Shown here piece after piece: positions 1 through 9,248 of a DNA stretch of 64,000 nucleotides (positions within the stretch are counted from its first letter, which is position 1; every line of letters begins with the position of its first letter). The notes below the pieces were generated by a model, which saw only the letters and a list, made by a program, of their open reading frames with translations, was not told where the DNA came from and did not search any database. Origin of the DNA: a virus. The stretch is from positions 25,370-89,369 of the IMG/VR virus record IMGVR_UViG_3300020201_000015. The stretch is one strand, 5' to 3'. The translations under genes were made by a program, and so were the position numbers.

Positions 1-2
1 GG

Positions 3-374
3 TCACGACCCGTCGCTCCACAGCAGCGGCTCGTCTGCCCTGACGTCATCGTCCTGGCGTCTCAGCAACACGATGCGCCCGGTGTAGCGGCTCAGCAGAG
101 TGACCGAAGTCCAGTCCTTCGGTACGCCTCGCACGGTGATGCACGTAGACGTGCCGCGCAGCCCTTCGTCGAGGTGGAGAGCCTCATCGGAAGCGTCGAC
201 GTAGAAGTCCCGCTCGTCGCTGAAGGACTTCGATCCCTCGGCGGTGAAGTCCGCATGCTTGGTGTGGAAGTCCATCTCGATGTGGACGTGGTCTTCGGTG
301 GCGCGCACGAGCCAGATCGAAGCCACACGGACCTCGCCGGGGATGACGGTGACAGCGACGACGGGGACGGTCAC
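3..374 (-). CDS. hypothetical protein
   Basis: GTG start overlaps the upstream TGA (GTGA coupling); open frame to the stop at 3. Confidence 0.55.
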   Translation of the reverse strand: MTVPVVAVTVIPGEVRVASIWLVRATEDHVHIEMDFHTKHADFTAEGSKSFSDERDFYVDASDEALHLDEGLRGTSTCITVRGVPKDWTSVTLLSRYTGRIVLLRRQDDDVRADEPLLWSDGS

Positions 375-916
375 GACGCCACCCGCCTCTCCACCAGAGC
401 CGTCGCAGCGCCGTCGATGATCGCGCCCGTCCGCAGGTACGTCGGCTTCCCGTCTCGCATCAGCCCCAGCCTTTCCATCGCCACCCGTGACGCCGCCAGC
501 AGTGTCCCGCGTTCGCGCATCGACATGTCGAGCCACTCCTGTTGGCCGGCGACTCCATACCCGGCCATGTGACTGGTCCAGTCGAGTCGCAGTCGCCGGC
601 AGGCTTCCCGCTCAAGTGCCAGCATGTCGTCCTCGGCGTGACTCTGCGGCTGGTAGCCAGTCTCCCGCCAGACGACCACGTGCATCATCTCGTGGATCAG
701 GTGCGAAGCCTCGAGCGTCGACTGCGCCTCGTCGGCCCAGAGGATGCTCCCGTTGTCGCGGCGGATGCCGGCCATGTCCTGCGGAGCCACGTGGTAGGTC
801 TCCTTGGGCATGTACCCGCGGCGCAAGATGCCGCTGAACGGCACGTCGAGGTCGACGGCGACGCCCCATCGCTCGCACTCACGGAGCGCGCGGAGGAAAG
901 AAGGGTGAACGGTCAT
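371..916 (-). CDS. putative zinc metallopeptidase-like protein (HExxH)
   Basis: Starts MTVHPSF at an ATGA overlap; contains LIHEMMH and a downstream ALEREAC. Confidence 0.5.
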   Translation of the reverse strand: MTVHPSFLRALRECERWGVAVDLDVPFSGILRRGYMPKETYHVAPQDMAGIRRDNGSILWADEAQSTLEASHLIHEMMHVVVWRETGYQPQSHAEDDMLALEREACRRLRLDWTSHMAGYGVAGQQEWLDMSMRERGTLLAASRVAMERLGLMRDGKPTYLRTGAIIDGAATALVERRVAS

Positions 917-1504
917 GCTGACTCCATCGTGGTGCGGGCCCATTGCAGGAGCTCGGTCATCGCGAGCGCCCCGCACGCCGGGACGACGGCGTTTCCGAGG
1001 CCCTTGAGCCTGGATCTGTCGCCTCTGACTCCGTCGGAGATGCGGAGCCCCGACGTCGGCGGCGCTGATAGCGAGGGCGCGGGTTCGGTAGCCAAGAGCA
1101 TGCAGGTCTGACCGCACCTCGCACAGCCATCGCTTGGCGCCGCTGGCGACGTTTTCGACGATGGCGGCTGCGGGCCGCAGCTCGTCGACGATCCGGCGGT
1201 ACTCGTACCAGAGTCCGGACCGGGTTCCGACGGCGATGCCGGCGCCTCGTCCAGCCGCGCTGACGTCCTGGCAGGGAAAGCCTCCGACGATGAGATCCAC
1301 GGAAGCAAGAGTTGCTGAGCCAGCATGACGCACGTCCTCCACGGAGCGGTCTACCTCGGGCCAATGCCGAGCTAGGACCTGGCGACAGAAGCCGTCGACC
1401 TCGACCTGCCAGAGCGCCTGAGATGCGACGCCGGCGCGCGCGCACGCCACCTCGACGCCGAGGTCGAGCCCACCGATACCACTGAAAAGCGAACCGATCC
1501 TCAC
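913..1504 (-). pseudogene. C5 cytosine DNA methyltransferase, internally deleted and frameshifted
   Basis: Motifs SLFSGIGG, GGFPCQD, IVENV and GAPHLRR are in one frame; motif X LKGLGNAVVP follows at once in another frame; the target-recognition region is missing. Confidence 0.8.
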
Positions 1505-2370
1505 GTCGCCACCTCCATAGCCGCGTCGCGCGCAACGGGCTGGCGCTTGGCTGACCGGAGCGTCATGCCGCCGGCGATCTCGTTCAGTCGCTTCAAGAGG
1601 TCGAGTCGCTTCACCTCGAGATGAAGATTCCCGTTCTTGTACGCCTTGAACCGGAACCAAGTCGTCTCGCCGCGGTAGCCCGTCGCCTTCGACGCTTCGA
1701 TCGCGCCGTGCAGTTCCGACCAGTGGGACTTGGCGATCGAGCCCTGGCCGTCGAGCGCCTGGAAGACACGCTCCACCGAGATGGCGTGCTGCTCGTAGTA
1801 GGACGACAGACGCAGTCCGTAGCAGCCCATCTCTACCCAGTGGACGATGACCTTGGGCGGGATCTCCTCCTGGCTGTTCGTCTTGTACTCGGCCATGCGA
1901 CCTCGCGGCCGGAGGTGCTCGAACGCTTCCTTGACGCTCTCCTCAAGGATCTCTGGCATTCGGTCGAGAAAGCCTTGAGCGAAGTCGCCGACGCTCTCCT
2001 CGGTGATGGCGGGGAGGTTGCCCTTGTCGAGCATCGCGCCGATCTCCTTCCAGCGCTCGCCGCTCACGATGCGCCGCAACTCCAGGCGGTGAACGATCGC
2101 GCGCCAGGCTTGGCGCTTCAGCAGGTTGACCGCCTCCTCTGGCTGGTCGAAGCATGAGCTGTACCTGCCGCGCGATGCGTCGATCCGGAAGTTCGCGTGG
2201 TCGTGCTTGCCGATTTGGTAGACCTCGTTGAGCTTCGCTTCGGCTGACACGAGCGCCGAGAAGGCTCCGCGGATCGTGGCTTCGGCTTCGCAGTACGCGG
2301 CGATCATCGCCGGCAGCGTCGCGAAGCGCGCGAGCCCAGCCTGGTTGTTGGCGTTGCGGTAGTCGCTCAC
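1501..2370 (-). CDS. DUF4942-like protein
   Basis: C-terminal GETTWFRFKAYKNGNLHL...LLKRLNEI signature; GTG start at 2370. Confidence 0.65.
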   Translation of the reverse strand: MSDYRNANNQAGLARFATLPAMIAAYCEAEATIRGAFSALVSAEAKLNEVYQIGKHDHANFRIDASRGRYSSCFDQPEEAVNLLKRQAWRAIVHRLELRRIVSGERWKEIGAMLDKGNLPAITEESVGDFAQGFLDRMPEILEESVKEAFEHLRPRGRMAEYKTNSQEEIPPKVIVHWVEMGCYGLRLSSYYEQHAISVERVFQALDGQGSIAKSHWSELHGAIEASKATGYRGETTWFRFKAYKNGNLHLEVKRLDLLKRLNEIAGGMTLRSAKRQPVARDAAMEVAT

Positions 2371-3011
2371 AGGCAGTCCCCCAGGTGGCCGAACGCCCGA
2401 ACAAACGCGGCCCGCGACACGCCGAGTCCCACGACGGCGTTGGCGTGCGCCGGCGAGTCGCCTTCGACGATGTCTTCCGGGCGCGCCAGCAGCAGGCCGT
2501 CCAGCTTCGTCTGTAGCTGTGCTCGGCGCTTCACGTCCTTCGTGGTGTTGCCGGTGATCTTGGCGAGCAGCTTCTGCGTCGAGACAATCGCGTCCGCTGC
2601 CGTGCGCAGGAACGGGATGCGGCGCTTCGGCACGCAGACGCGGTAGTGCAGCATCGAATGGCAGCTGTGCGCCTTGGCCCACAGTTGCGACTGCTGGATC
2701 TGCTCGAGCGAGTAGGCGATGTAGACGGCGGCCGTCACGTCGCCGGCTGCAAACGCCTTCGACAAGCGTACCCACCACGCCTCGGGCGGGCTTGGCGGAT
2801 TGACGAAGAGCCTGCCAGACCACGGCGACATGAGGCCGTCAGGGAACGAGTAGAACGAGGTCGCTTGCACGATGCCGTTCGCGGACGCGTCGCTCGCCGG
2901 GTCGAGGTCGATGCCGCCCATGAGGTCGCGGGCCGGCTCGACGTAGCTGGCGGGGGTGTACCAGGCCGACGAGTCGACGGAGTGCAGCGCGGGGGCCACG
3001 GCGGCCATCAC
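2367..3011 (-). CDS. phage Dam-type DNA N6-adenine methyltransferase-like protein
   Basis: WYTP, IDLDPAS, DGLMSPWSGRLFVNPP motifs (NPPS instead of NPPY). Confidence 0.7.
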   Translation of the reverse strand: MMAAVAPALHSVDSSAWYTPASYVEPARDLMGGIDLDPASDASANGIVQATSFYSFPDGLMSPWSGRLFVNPPSPPEAWWVRLSKAFAAGDVTAAVYIAYSLEQIQQSQLWAKAHSCHSMLHYRVCVPKRRIPFLRTAADAIVSTQKLLAKITGNTTKDVKRRAQLQTKLDGLLLARPEDIVEGDSPAHANAVVGLGVSRAAFVRAFGHLGDCL

Positions 3012-3256
3012 GCCACCTCCAGCTTCGCAGCCGCTTCCAGCAATGCTGCCGCGCGCGACCGCAGCGCCGGTATCACCAGCCGCTCGGCCTCGCTCCGCGC
3101 AGCATCGGCGTCGGTCGCCGCCAAGATAAGCTCGTCAATGCCAACCGCCTCCGACTCCAAGACCCACTGCCCCGGCTCCTCCCACACGTCCACGATGACC
3201 AAGCCCGCGCTCGCGCGAAAGCCGTCGCCTCGATACGGCTGCCAATTGAAAGCCAT
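3008..3256 (-). CDS. hypothetical protein (paralog of 9000-9248)
   Basis: MAFNWQPYRGDGFRASAG resembles MFDWRPAQDGFLASAG. Confidence 0.55.
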   Translation of the reverse strand: MAFNWQPYRGDGFRASAGLVIVDVWEEPGQWVLESEAVGIDELILAATDADAARSEAERLVIPALRSRAAALLEAAAKLEVA

Positions 3257-3615
3257 CACGCCACCGCCTTGCGCGCCACGCGCAGCAGCACCAGGTAGCC
3301 GATCAGGTCGAGCGCCACATCCTCGCCGGCGACCGAGCCGCGAGCCAGCCGAGAAAGCTTGTCGTCGATGCGGACGAGGATCTGCTCTTCGGGTGACGAC
3401 CGGCTGAAGACGCGGATGGGGTCGAGCGCGCTGTTGCCATAGGACGCGTTCTTCTCCAGGAGCATCGTCGCGATCGTCATGCACTCGCTCACGATGGCGT
3501 GACGCGTCGGGTCCTTGTCGGACAGCGCCTCGACGATGCTGTGGGCCAGGTCGAGCGTGCCGTCGTTGTCGAGGCCCCGCACGGCTTCCACGGTTGACTT
3601 GTAGCTGTCGGTCAC
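3256..3615 (-). CDS. nucleotide modification-associated (Nmad1/DUF1599-like) protein
   Basis: LLEKNASYGNSA, VRIDDKLSR and EDVALDLIGY motifs. Confidence 0.7.
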   Translation of the reverse strand: MTDSYKSTVEAVRGLDNDGTLDLAHSIVEALSDKDPTRHAIVSECMTIATMLLEKNASYGNSALDPIRVFSRSSPEEQILVRIDDKLSRLARGSVAGEDVALDLIGYLVLLRVARKAVA

Positions 3616-3899
3616 GTCTCCCCCATCCCTTCTGAGAACTTGCGCATCGCGCGGTTCGTGATCTTCTTGACGACGGAGTCGGTCACGCCGAGCCGCCTAC
3701 CCATCTCGACGAAGGTCATCTCGCCGAGTGCCAGACCACGGCGCGCCTCCGCCAGTTCGATCATGCAGCAGCCGTCTGCGTTCTCGTTCGCCTCCAACCG
3801 TTGCGGGCATTCCGTCCGGCAGTGGGTCGGGTAGGAGCACGGCAACATCGCAGCGAAGCGGTCGGCCAGCTCGATCCACGCGGCAGACGTGGCCTTCAT
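3612..3899 (-). CDS. Cys-rich protein with sigma70 region-4-like HTH
   Basis: MTFVEMGRRLGVTDSVVKKITNRAMRK. Confidence 0.55.
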   Translation of the reverse strand: MKATSAAWIELADRFAAMLPCSYPTHCRTECPQRLEANENADGCCMIELAEARRGLALGEMTFVEMGRRLGVTDSVVKKITNRAMRKFSEGMGET

Positions 3900-4366
3900 T
3901 CCCCGAGCCTCGCGAGCTTGGCGCGCGGGACCATCTTGGCGATTGCCGCGGCGAGGATCTGCCGCACGCGCTCCTTGGAGAGGCCGAGGATGTCGGCGAT
4001 CTGCTGGTTTTCGAGGCCGTCGGGGTAGGCGAACGTGATCGCCCATAGGCATGCCGGCGCGTTGTTTCTGTCGCGCATCTTGCACTGGTCGTCGCACTCG
4101 TGGCCTGGTCGAGCTGACCACCGCGGGTCGGACAGCACGAGGGCCGTGCGGTTAGCCAGTCGCTCTTGCTCGCGGCACGAATTGCAGCGGAGCCGCATGC
4201 CTACCTTGACCGCCCGTTGCATCACGCGCGCGGCCTTGGTGACCTCGGCGCCGCATTCGCATCGGCAGAGCCACAGGCGACCATCGGCACCGTTGGAGCC
4301 GACCTTGCGGATTGCGGTCAGGTGCCCGAAGCGCGCGCCGGCGACGATGTTGATGGCCGTGCTCAT
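3896..4366 (-). CDS. Zn-binding protein with sigma70 region-4 HTH
   Basis: FGHLTAI..WLCRCECG N-terminus; IADILGLSKERVRQI HTH. Confidence 0.65.
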   Translation of the reverse strand: MSTAINIVAGARFGHLTAIRKVGSNGADGRLWLCRCECGAEVTKAARVMQRAVKVGMRLRCNSCREQERLANRTALVLSDPRWSARPGHECDDQCKMRDRNNAPACLWAITFAYPDGLENQQIADILGLSKERVRQILAAAIAKMVPRAKLARLGE

Positions 4367-4903
4367 GGCGCCGCCTTCGATGGCTTGCCACGGCGATAGA
4401 CCGCGAGCGATCCGGGGTGTGCATACCTGGCCGCTTCAGCCTCCGCGAACGTGGCGAACTCGTGCGCGTCCCGGCGCGTGGCGTAAGCCCCGCCGCGCCT
4501 GTCGAGGTAGTAGTCGCCGCCGTCTTTGCTGTCGCAGACCTTGCACGAGCATCGGACTACCCAGCACCGAGGACTGGTGACCCTGTGCTTCTTCACGACG
4601 CCCTGCTGACGCCGCGTCTTCGCGCCGCGCTGATCTGATTGCCGCGACGGTACGCCTCGACCAGCGAGCCGGGTCGCAGCGGGGGCCGGGTCACACCAGC
4701 GGCCGCGTCGTTGATTGAATCGGCCGCGCAGACCTCGGCGCGCGCCTGCGTGTTGGTCGCCAGCGTGCGGCCGTGACGGGCGATGACGCTGCCCGGACCG
4801 AGCGCCCGAGACGCGGCAAGCGCCTTGAGGAAGCACTCGCAGACGGCACTCGCCGCCGTCACGCACTCGTCGCACGAGTAGGTCTTGCTGCTGCCCTTGT
4901 TCG

Positions 4904-5257
4904 TCAGGATGTACATCGGGAACCCTCCCCCATCGCGTCCAACCGCCGCGCCTGGAACGACTCCAGGTGCGGCCGCATCGCCTCGGTCACCGCGTCGCAC
5001 TCGACGATGGTCTCGGCCAGATCGCCGACGGTCCAGCAGGCCCGCCCGCGCTCGGCCACGACGAAGACCCGAGCCATCTCGGCGCACGCCGCGCAGGAGT
5101 CCCACGACGACCACGCCCCGTCGTAGAGCGACGTGGCGTGCTCGTACCGCTCGCCGACCGCGATGCCCGCGCGACACTCGACGCAATGGTGCGGCACGCG
5201 CGCGCGGCGCATCGTCGACGACGAGACCGCCGGCACGTCGAAGTCGGCATTGCACAT
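4904..5257 (-). CDS. phage Zn-finger hypothetical protein
   Basis: HHCVECR...IAVGERYE...CAAC; part of a translationally coupled run of small ORFs at 4363-5684. Confidence 0.55.
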   Translation of the reverse strand: MCNADFDVPAVSSSTMRRARVPHHCVECRAGIAVGERYEHATSLYDGAWSSWDSCAACAEMARVFVVAERGRACWTVGDLAETIVECDAVTEAMRPHLESFQARRLDAMGEGSRCTS

Positions 5258-5651
5258 CAGTCCACCTTCTCACGGTGCAGCTCGACGCCGTTGCGGACGA
5301 CGGTGGATCCGGCGCCGTAGACGTCCCGGGAAAACCGGCAGGCGTCGGCGAGGCACAGGCAGGCAGGCTCCGCGACAGCTTTCGACGCGCAGCCATCGCA
5401 GCCGAACGCCGCTGTGAGCTGGCGGCGACCGGTGCCCAGGGTGACCTGGTAGGCCGACGAGTTGGCGAGGTAGTGCGAGCGGTGGCTCACGGGACCTCGT
5501 TCAAGTCGGCGGCGACCATCCATGCGCCGGGTATCAGCTCGAGCGAGTAGGGCAGCCGGTACGGCGCCGGCAGGTCGGTCACCATGTGCGGGATGGCTGC
5601 GTCGGCGTCGCGGATCGCGGGGCCGGGGGCGCCGGTCATGGCGTAGGAGGC

Positions 5652-5685
5652 GCTGGGGATGCGGCGGCGGGATGTTCTGGTCATG
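5652..5685. repeat. ~34 bp direct repeat flanking the RNA ligase gene, copy 1
   Basis: gctggggatgcggcggcgggatgttctggtcatg. Confidence 0.85.
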
Positions 5686-6694
5686 AGACGTCTTTCGTTT
5701 TGCGGGTGAGATAGCCCTCGCCAACGTGCTTGAGCACGACGCGCGAGTCGGGCAGCCGCGCGTGGAAGCGCTCGCGCTCCGGGCGCACCACGAAGCCTTC
5801 GCGCACGTGTGATCCGCCGAGAACGGCATGACCCTCTGCGAGCGCGAGGCAGTCGAGCGACCAGGGGCCCCGATAGAGGGTGGGCGGCGTTGAGAGACCC
5901 AGCCGATCCGCTAGCCCGAACACGTCGACCGCGTCGAGCCATCGTCTGGCCAGGGCGTCGTACGCGTCGAAGATAACGAGCGCGGGGGTAGCCGCGCCAT
6001 ATGCCAGGTCCTGGATCTTGGCCCCGTAGATCTCGCCGTAGATGACGATGCCAGGCTCGGCAGCTAGGCGCTCGGCGAGTCCGAGAGATCGCGCCAACTT
6101 CGACCACGTCGACTCGCCATCCCGTTCCTTGACGACCGTGCGGGACCCGACCCATAGGCCCGCGTCCACGCCATCTGGCCAGAAACAGAACCGCGCGTTA
6201 CTGCCGTGGATCTTCTCGGTGATGATGACCGGCTCGCCCACATCAAGCGCGCGAGGGTGACGCCGATAGCCCTCGACGTCGGTGAACTTGGGGAAGCGAA
6301 ACGTCGTCGGCCCCGGCACCGTCGGTTCGCGCGGCGCGTTGGGCCCATGGCCAGGTTCCGGCGGCTCGTACTTGGTCAGACCGTAGCTGTCGACGACGCT
6401 CTCGCCCTCCACAAGAGAAGCCGGCGCATCGACGAGCAGCCCCATCGAGAACACTCCGCGCAGTCGCTTGGCCTTGAGGCGTCTGCGGTCGGCCGGCTGA
6501 AGGAATCCGAAGCACTGCAGATCGGGGAGCGTCGAGTCGACGGGGATGTAGGCGACCAGATCGCCGGCCTTGTACTGGCCCTTGCGGATGATGACAGGTG
6601 TCGTGCCGTAGACGATCGCGATCTCCAACGAGTCGGCGTTGTCGTGAGTGCGCACCTCGGTGATGCGCACGACCTCGGGATGCCAGTCGCTCAT
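5681..6694 (-). CDS. ATP-dependent RNA ligase, DRB0094 family
   Basis: N-terminal HDNADSLE..GDLVAYIPVDS; nucleotidyltransferase motifs TEKIHGSN, IYGEIYG, IFDA, EGFVV, LKHVG. Confidence 0.85.
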   Translation of the reverse strand: MSDWHPEVVRITEVRTHDNADSLEIAIVYGTTPVIIRKGQYKAGDLVAYIPVDSTLPDLQCFGFLQPADRRRLKAKRLRGVFSMGLLVDAPASLVEGESVVDSYGLTKYEPPEPGHGPNAPREPTVPGPTTFRFPKFTDVEGYRRHPRALDVGEPVIITEKIHGSNARFCFWPDGVDAGLWVGSRTVVKERDGESTWSKLARSLGLAERLAAEPGIVIYGEIYGAKIQDLAYGAATPALVIFDAYDALARRWLDAVDVFGLADRLGLSTPPTLYRGPWSLDCLALAEGHAVLGGSHVREGFVVRPERERFHARLPDSRVVLKHVGEGYLTRKTKDVS

Positions 6695-6719
6695 GAGGAG
6701 GCGCTCGCGCTGAACGGTT

Positions 6720-6754
6720 GCTGGGGGATGCGGCGGCGGGATGATCTGGTCATG
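6720..6754. repeat. ~34 bp direct repeat flanking the RNA ligase gene, copy 2
   Basis: gctgggggatgcggcggcgggatgatctggtcatg. Confidence 0.85.
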
Positions 6755-6829
6755 GGTTTTCCTTCGCAGATGCCGTGGTGGCCCAGAGCACTGCGCGCCG
6801 GCAGATGCCGGCGCGCAGTGCTCATGAGG

Positions 6830-7618
6830 TCAGGCCGCGATCGGCTCCTCCGTGAACTTCCCCGGAGGAGGGAGAAGGTTGCGCTTCCGGCGCTCGTTGT
6901 AGATCTCGCGAATAGCAAGGCAGGACGCCAGCCTTGTCTTGCAGTCGAGCTGGGCCATCGCGCACCGGATGCGCGCCATGACTCGGCTAGGCGCGTACGA
7001 CCTCAGCTTGGACGCAAGCTCGGTGCGTGAGACGTCCGGATACTCGGACAGGAAGAACGACACGGCGCGGATGATCTGCTTCTCGAAGCTCGCCGGCTCA
7101 CCGTCGGCCCAATCCTTGATGACCTCCAGCGTCTCGCGCAGGTTGCCGCGGTGGTACACGCAGTCGAGCGCCTGCACAGCACAGATGGCATTCTTTGCCG
7201 ATGTCTTCTGGAACTTGAGAGCCAAGCTGGTCAGGACGACCACGATGGCCACGGCAACAGGCTCTCCAGAGACCAGCCGAGCGCGGAACTTGTCGTAGGC
7301 GCGCACCGCACTGCGGCCGCTGTTGAGGCGGAGAAACATCTCCGCTTCCTCTTGAATGCTCAGGCCGTCGTAGACCTCGCACATGAAGGCGGTGTTGCCG
7401 AGCCCGGCGATGATTGCAGCGCCGAACCTGTGCTGACCGTCCAGCCGCACCATGCGGCCGTCTTCGCGACGAGAGATGACCGGTACGCCGATCAGTGAAA
7501 GGTCAAACGCCTCGGCCATGGCCGCGCTTCTGGGCTCGTCAAACTCTCGCTGATACCGCTCGTCGACCGACGTATCGCAGGGCTTGACCTTGATGAACTG
7601 GGACTTGTTCTTCTTCAT
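6830..7618 (-). CDS. ParB/Srx-like DGQHR-motif protein (DUF6551-like)
   Basis: VDERYQR and LDGQHR motifs, EEAEMFLRLN. Confidence 0.7.
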   Translation of the reverse strand: MKKNKSQFIKVKPCDTSVDERYQREFDEPRSAAMAEAFDLSLIGVPVISRREDGRMVRLDGQHRFGAAIIAGLGNTAFMCEVYDGLSIQEEAEMFLRLNSGRSAVRAYDKFRARLVSGEPVAVAIVVVLTSLALKFQKTSAKNAICAVQALDCVYHRGNLRETLEVIKDWADGEPASFEKQIIRAVSFFLSEYPDVSRTELASKLRSYAPSRVMARIRCAMAQLDCKTRLASCLAIREIYNERRKRNLLPPPGKFTEEPIAA

Positions 7619-7624
7619 GTTCCG

Positions 7625-8626
7625 TTACTCCTGATTGGCTTCTTTATTCAGCCGTTGGGAGAATGTGCGCACAGCGCGCACAAGTTCTTGTAGCCGCGTC
7701 GTGAGGTCGAGCCTCTGCTCGTCGCTGGCTGTCGACCATTGCGTTTTGAACGCGCTGGTCATCATCTGGAATGACTCGGTGGACTCTGTCGCAAAGTCGA
7801 GCGGACCTTGAAGCGGCGAGACTTGCAGAAGGCCAAGCCGCCTCTTGGCGTAGTGAACCTGATTCGACGGCACGCCGAGCTGACGAGCGATGTCGCTGGC
7901 CGGATGTCCCTCCTTCGTCAGCTTCACGACCTTGGCGTCGAACTCTATGTCTTCGGGCGACTGCTTCGTCGGCCGCGTTACCTGCGGCGAGGAAGGCGGC
8001 GGCGCAACCGGCGACTTGGTCGGCTTGACCTTGTCGCGTGGCTCCTCGACTCCAGCCGCGCGCTTGGCTTCGGCGACCGTCTTGAACTCGCCAGCGAGCG
8101 CGCGAGCGTAGACCTCGGGCGAGGCCGCGAGGACCTTGCCCATCGAGTAGGTGGCATCGCGGCCCGCTCCAACGGCATCGGCCGCCTGCGCGACTGCGCG
8201 GGAGATGCGCGGGTTCGAGGTGGTGGCAGAGCGGGTTGTACTGGACACGTACAACCCGCTCTTGTCGCCGCCACCCGCGGCCATCCTCGCCTTCGCCTCC
8301 GCTCGAAACCCGTCCAGGATGGCGGGCGACTGCGCAAGAGCGGCAAGCTGCACCGGCGTCATGTGCCGTCGGTGCTGGTTCGCTGAGAGCACGAAGGCTG
8401 TCGGCGAGTCGCAATCGGATAGCGTGCGCAGCTTGGGCGACACGCCCGCGATGCCGCATGCGGCGAAGCGATTGCGACCGTCCAGCAGAAGGCCGTCGAA
8501 GATGACGATCGGCTCATTCTGCCCGTGAGCCTTGATGTCGGCAGCGAGGGCAGCAAGCTTCGCGTCGTCCATCATCGGGAACGCGAGCGCAGCCGGATGC
8601 GCCTCCAATGGAGCCGAAACCGTCAC
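7625..8626 (-). CDS. ParB N-terminal domain protein with C-terminal HTH
   Basis: HPAALAFPMM, DIKAHGQNEPI, LLDGRNR, NQHRRHMT; ASDIARQLGV HTH. Confidence 0.75.
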   Translation of the reverse strand: MTVSAPLEAHPAALAFPMMDDAKLAALAADIKAHGQNEPIVIFDGLLLDGRNRFAACGIAGVSPKLRTLSDCDSPTAFVLSANQHRRHMTPVQLAALAQSPAILDGFRAEAKARMAAGGGDKSGLYVSSTTRSATTSNPRISRAVAQAADAVGAGRDATYSMGKVLAASPEVYARALAGEFKTVAEAKRAAGVEEPRDKVKPTKSPVAPPPSSPQVTRPTKQSPEDIEFDAKVVKLTKEGHPASDIARQLGVPSNQVHYAKRRLGLLQVSPLQGPLDFATESTESFQMMTSAFKTQWSTASDEQRLDLTTRLQELVRAVRTFSQRLNKEANQE

Positions 8627-9003
8627 TTGCCCACCTGCTCGGCCTGAACAGGCGCCCGACGACAATCGTCTTCGGCCTGCGCGCCCGGGGAGTGTTTTTC
8701 AATAATGGTCATTGCTAGCCTCGTTGGAATGTCACCGCAGCTGTCGCGCAGCTCAGCAGCCTCGCGCGAGACCTGGAAGTTGCGCAGGCGCAGGTGCTGG
8801 TTGTCGGCGCGCAAGGCGACCACCTCGTCGCGCAGGTCGGCGAGCTCGCGGCGCGCATCGTCGCGGGCGGCGCACGCGGCGATGAGGGCCCGGCCTGTCT
8901 GGTGGCGGGCGACATCCAACACGGCGACGCGCTCGCGAGCCGACCAGACGAGCATGCCGAGGGCTACGACCGCGACAGCTAGGAGGACGATTGCGACGAT
9001 CAT
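8623..9003 (-). CDS. membrane-anchored coiled-coil protein
   Basis: N-terminal hydrophobic helix followed by a heptad-like region. Confidence 0.55.
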   Translation of the reverse strand: MIVAIVLLAVAVVALGMLVWSARERVAVLDVARHQTGRALIAACAARDDARRELADLRDEVVALRADNQHLRLRNFQVSREAAELRDSCGDIPTRLAMTIIEKHSPGAQAEDDCRRAPVQAEQVGK

Positions 9004-9248
9004 GGCTGACCTGCTTCGAGCTTGGCCAAGGATCGGAGCATCTCGTCGGCGTACAGTCGGATGAGAAACGGGACGCTGCGCTCAGCCGCAGCCTTCGCCA
9101 TCTCCGGGTCCTGCGTGTCGAGTCGATCTGTGATGCCGGCCGCGTTGCAGCTCATCGTGTAGCCGATCGGGTTCTTCGTCAGATTCACGCGGATGGGCCC
9201 AGCGGACGCGAGAAAGCCATCTTGGGCAGGACGCCAGTCGAACATCAC
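9000..9248 (-). CDS. hypothetical protein
   Basis: Coupled ORF; paralog of 3008-3256. Confidence 0.55.
   Translation of the reverse strand: MMFDWRPAQDGFLASAGPIRVNLTKNPIGYTMSCNAAGITDRLDTQDPEMAKAAAERSVPFLIRLYADEMLRSLAKLEAGQP

Noticed and set aside
371-1660. 429-aa ORF as a real MTase-peptidase fusion
   Set aside because: It arises from the deletion/frameshift in the MTase; the HExxH gene has its own coupled ATG at 916.
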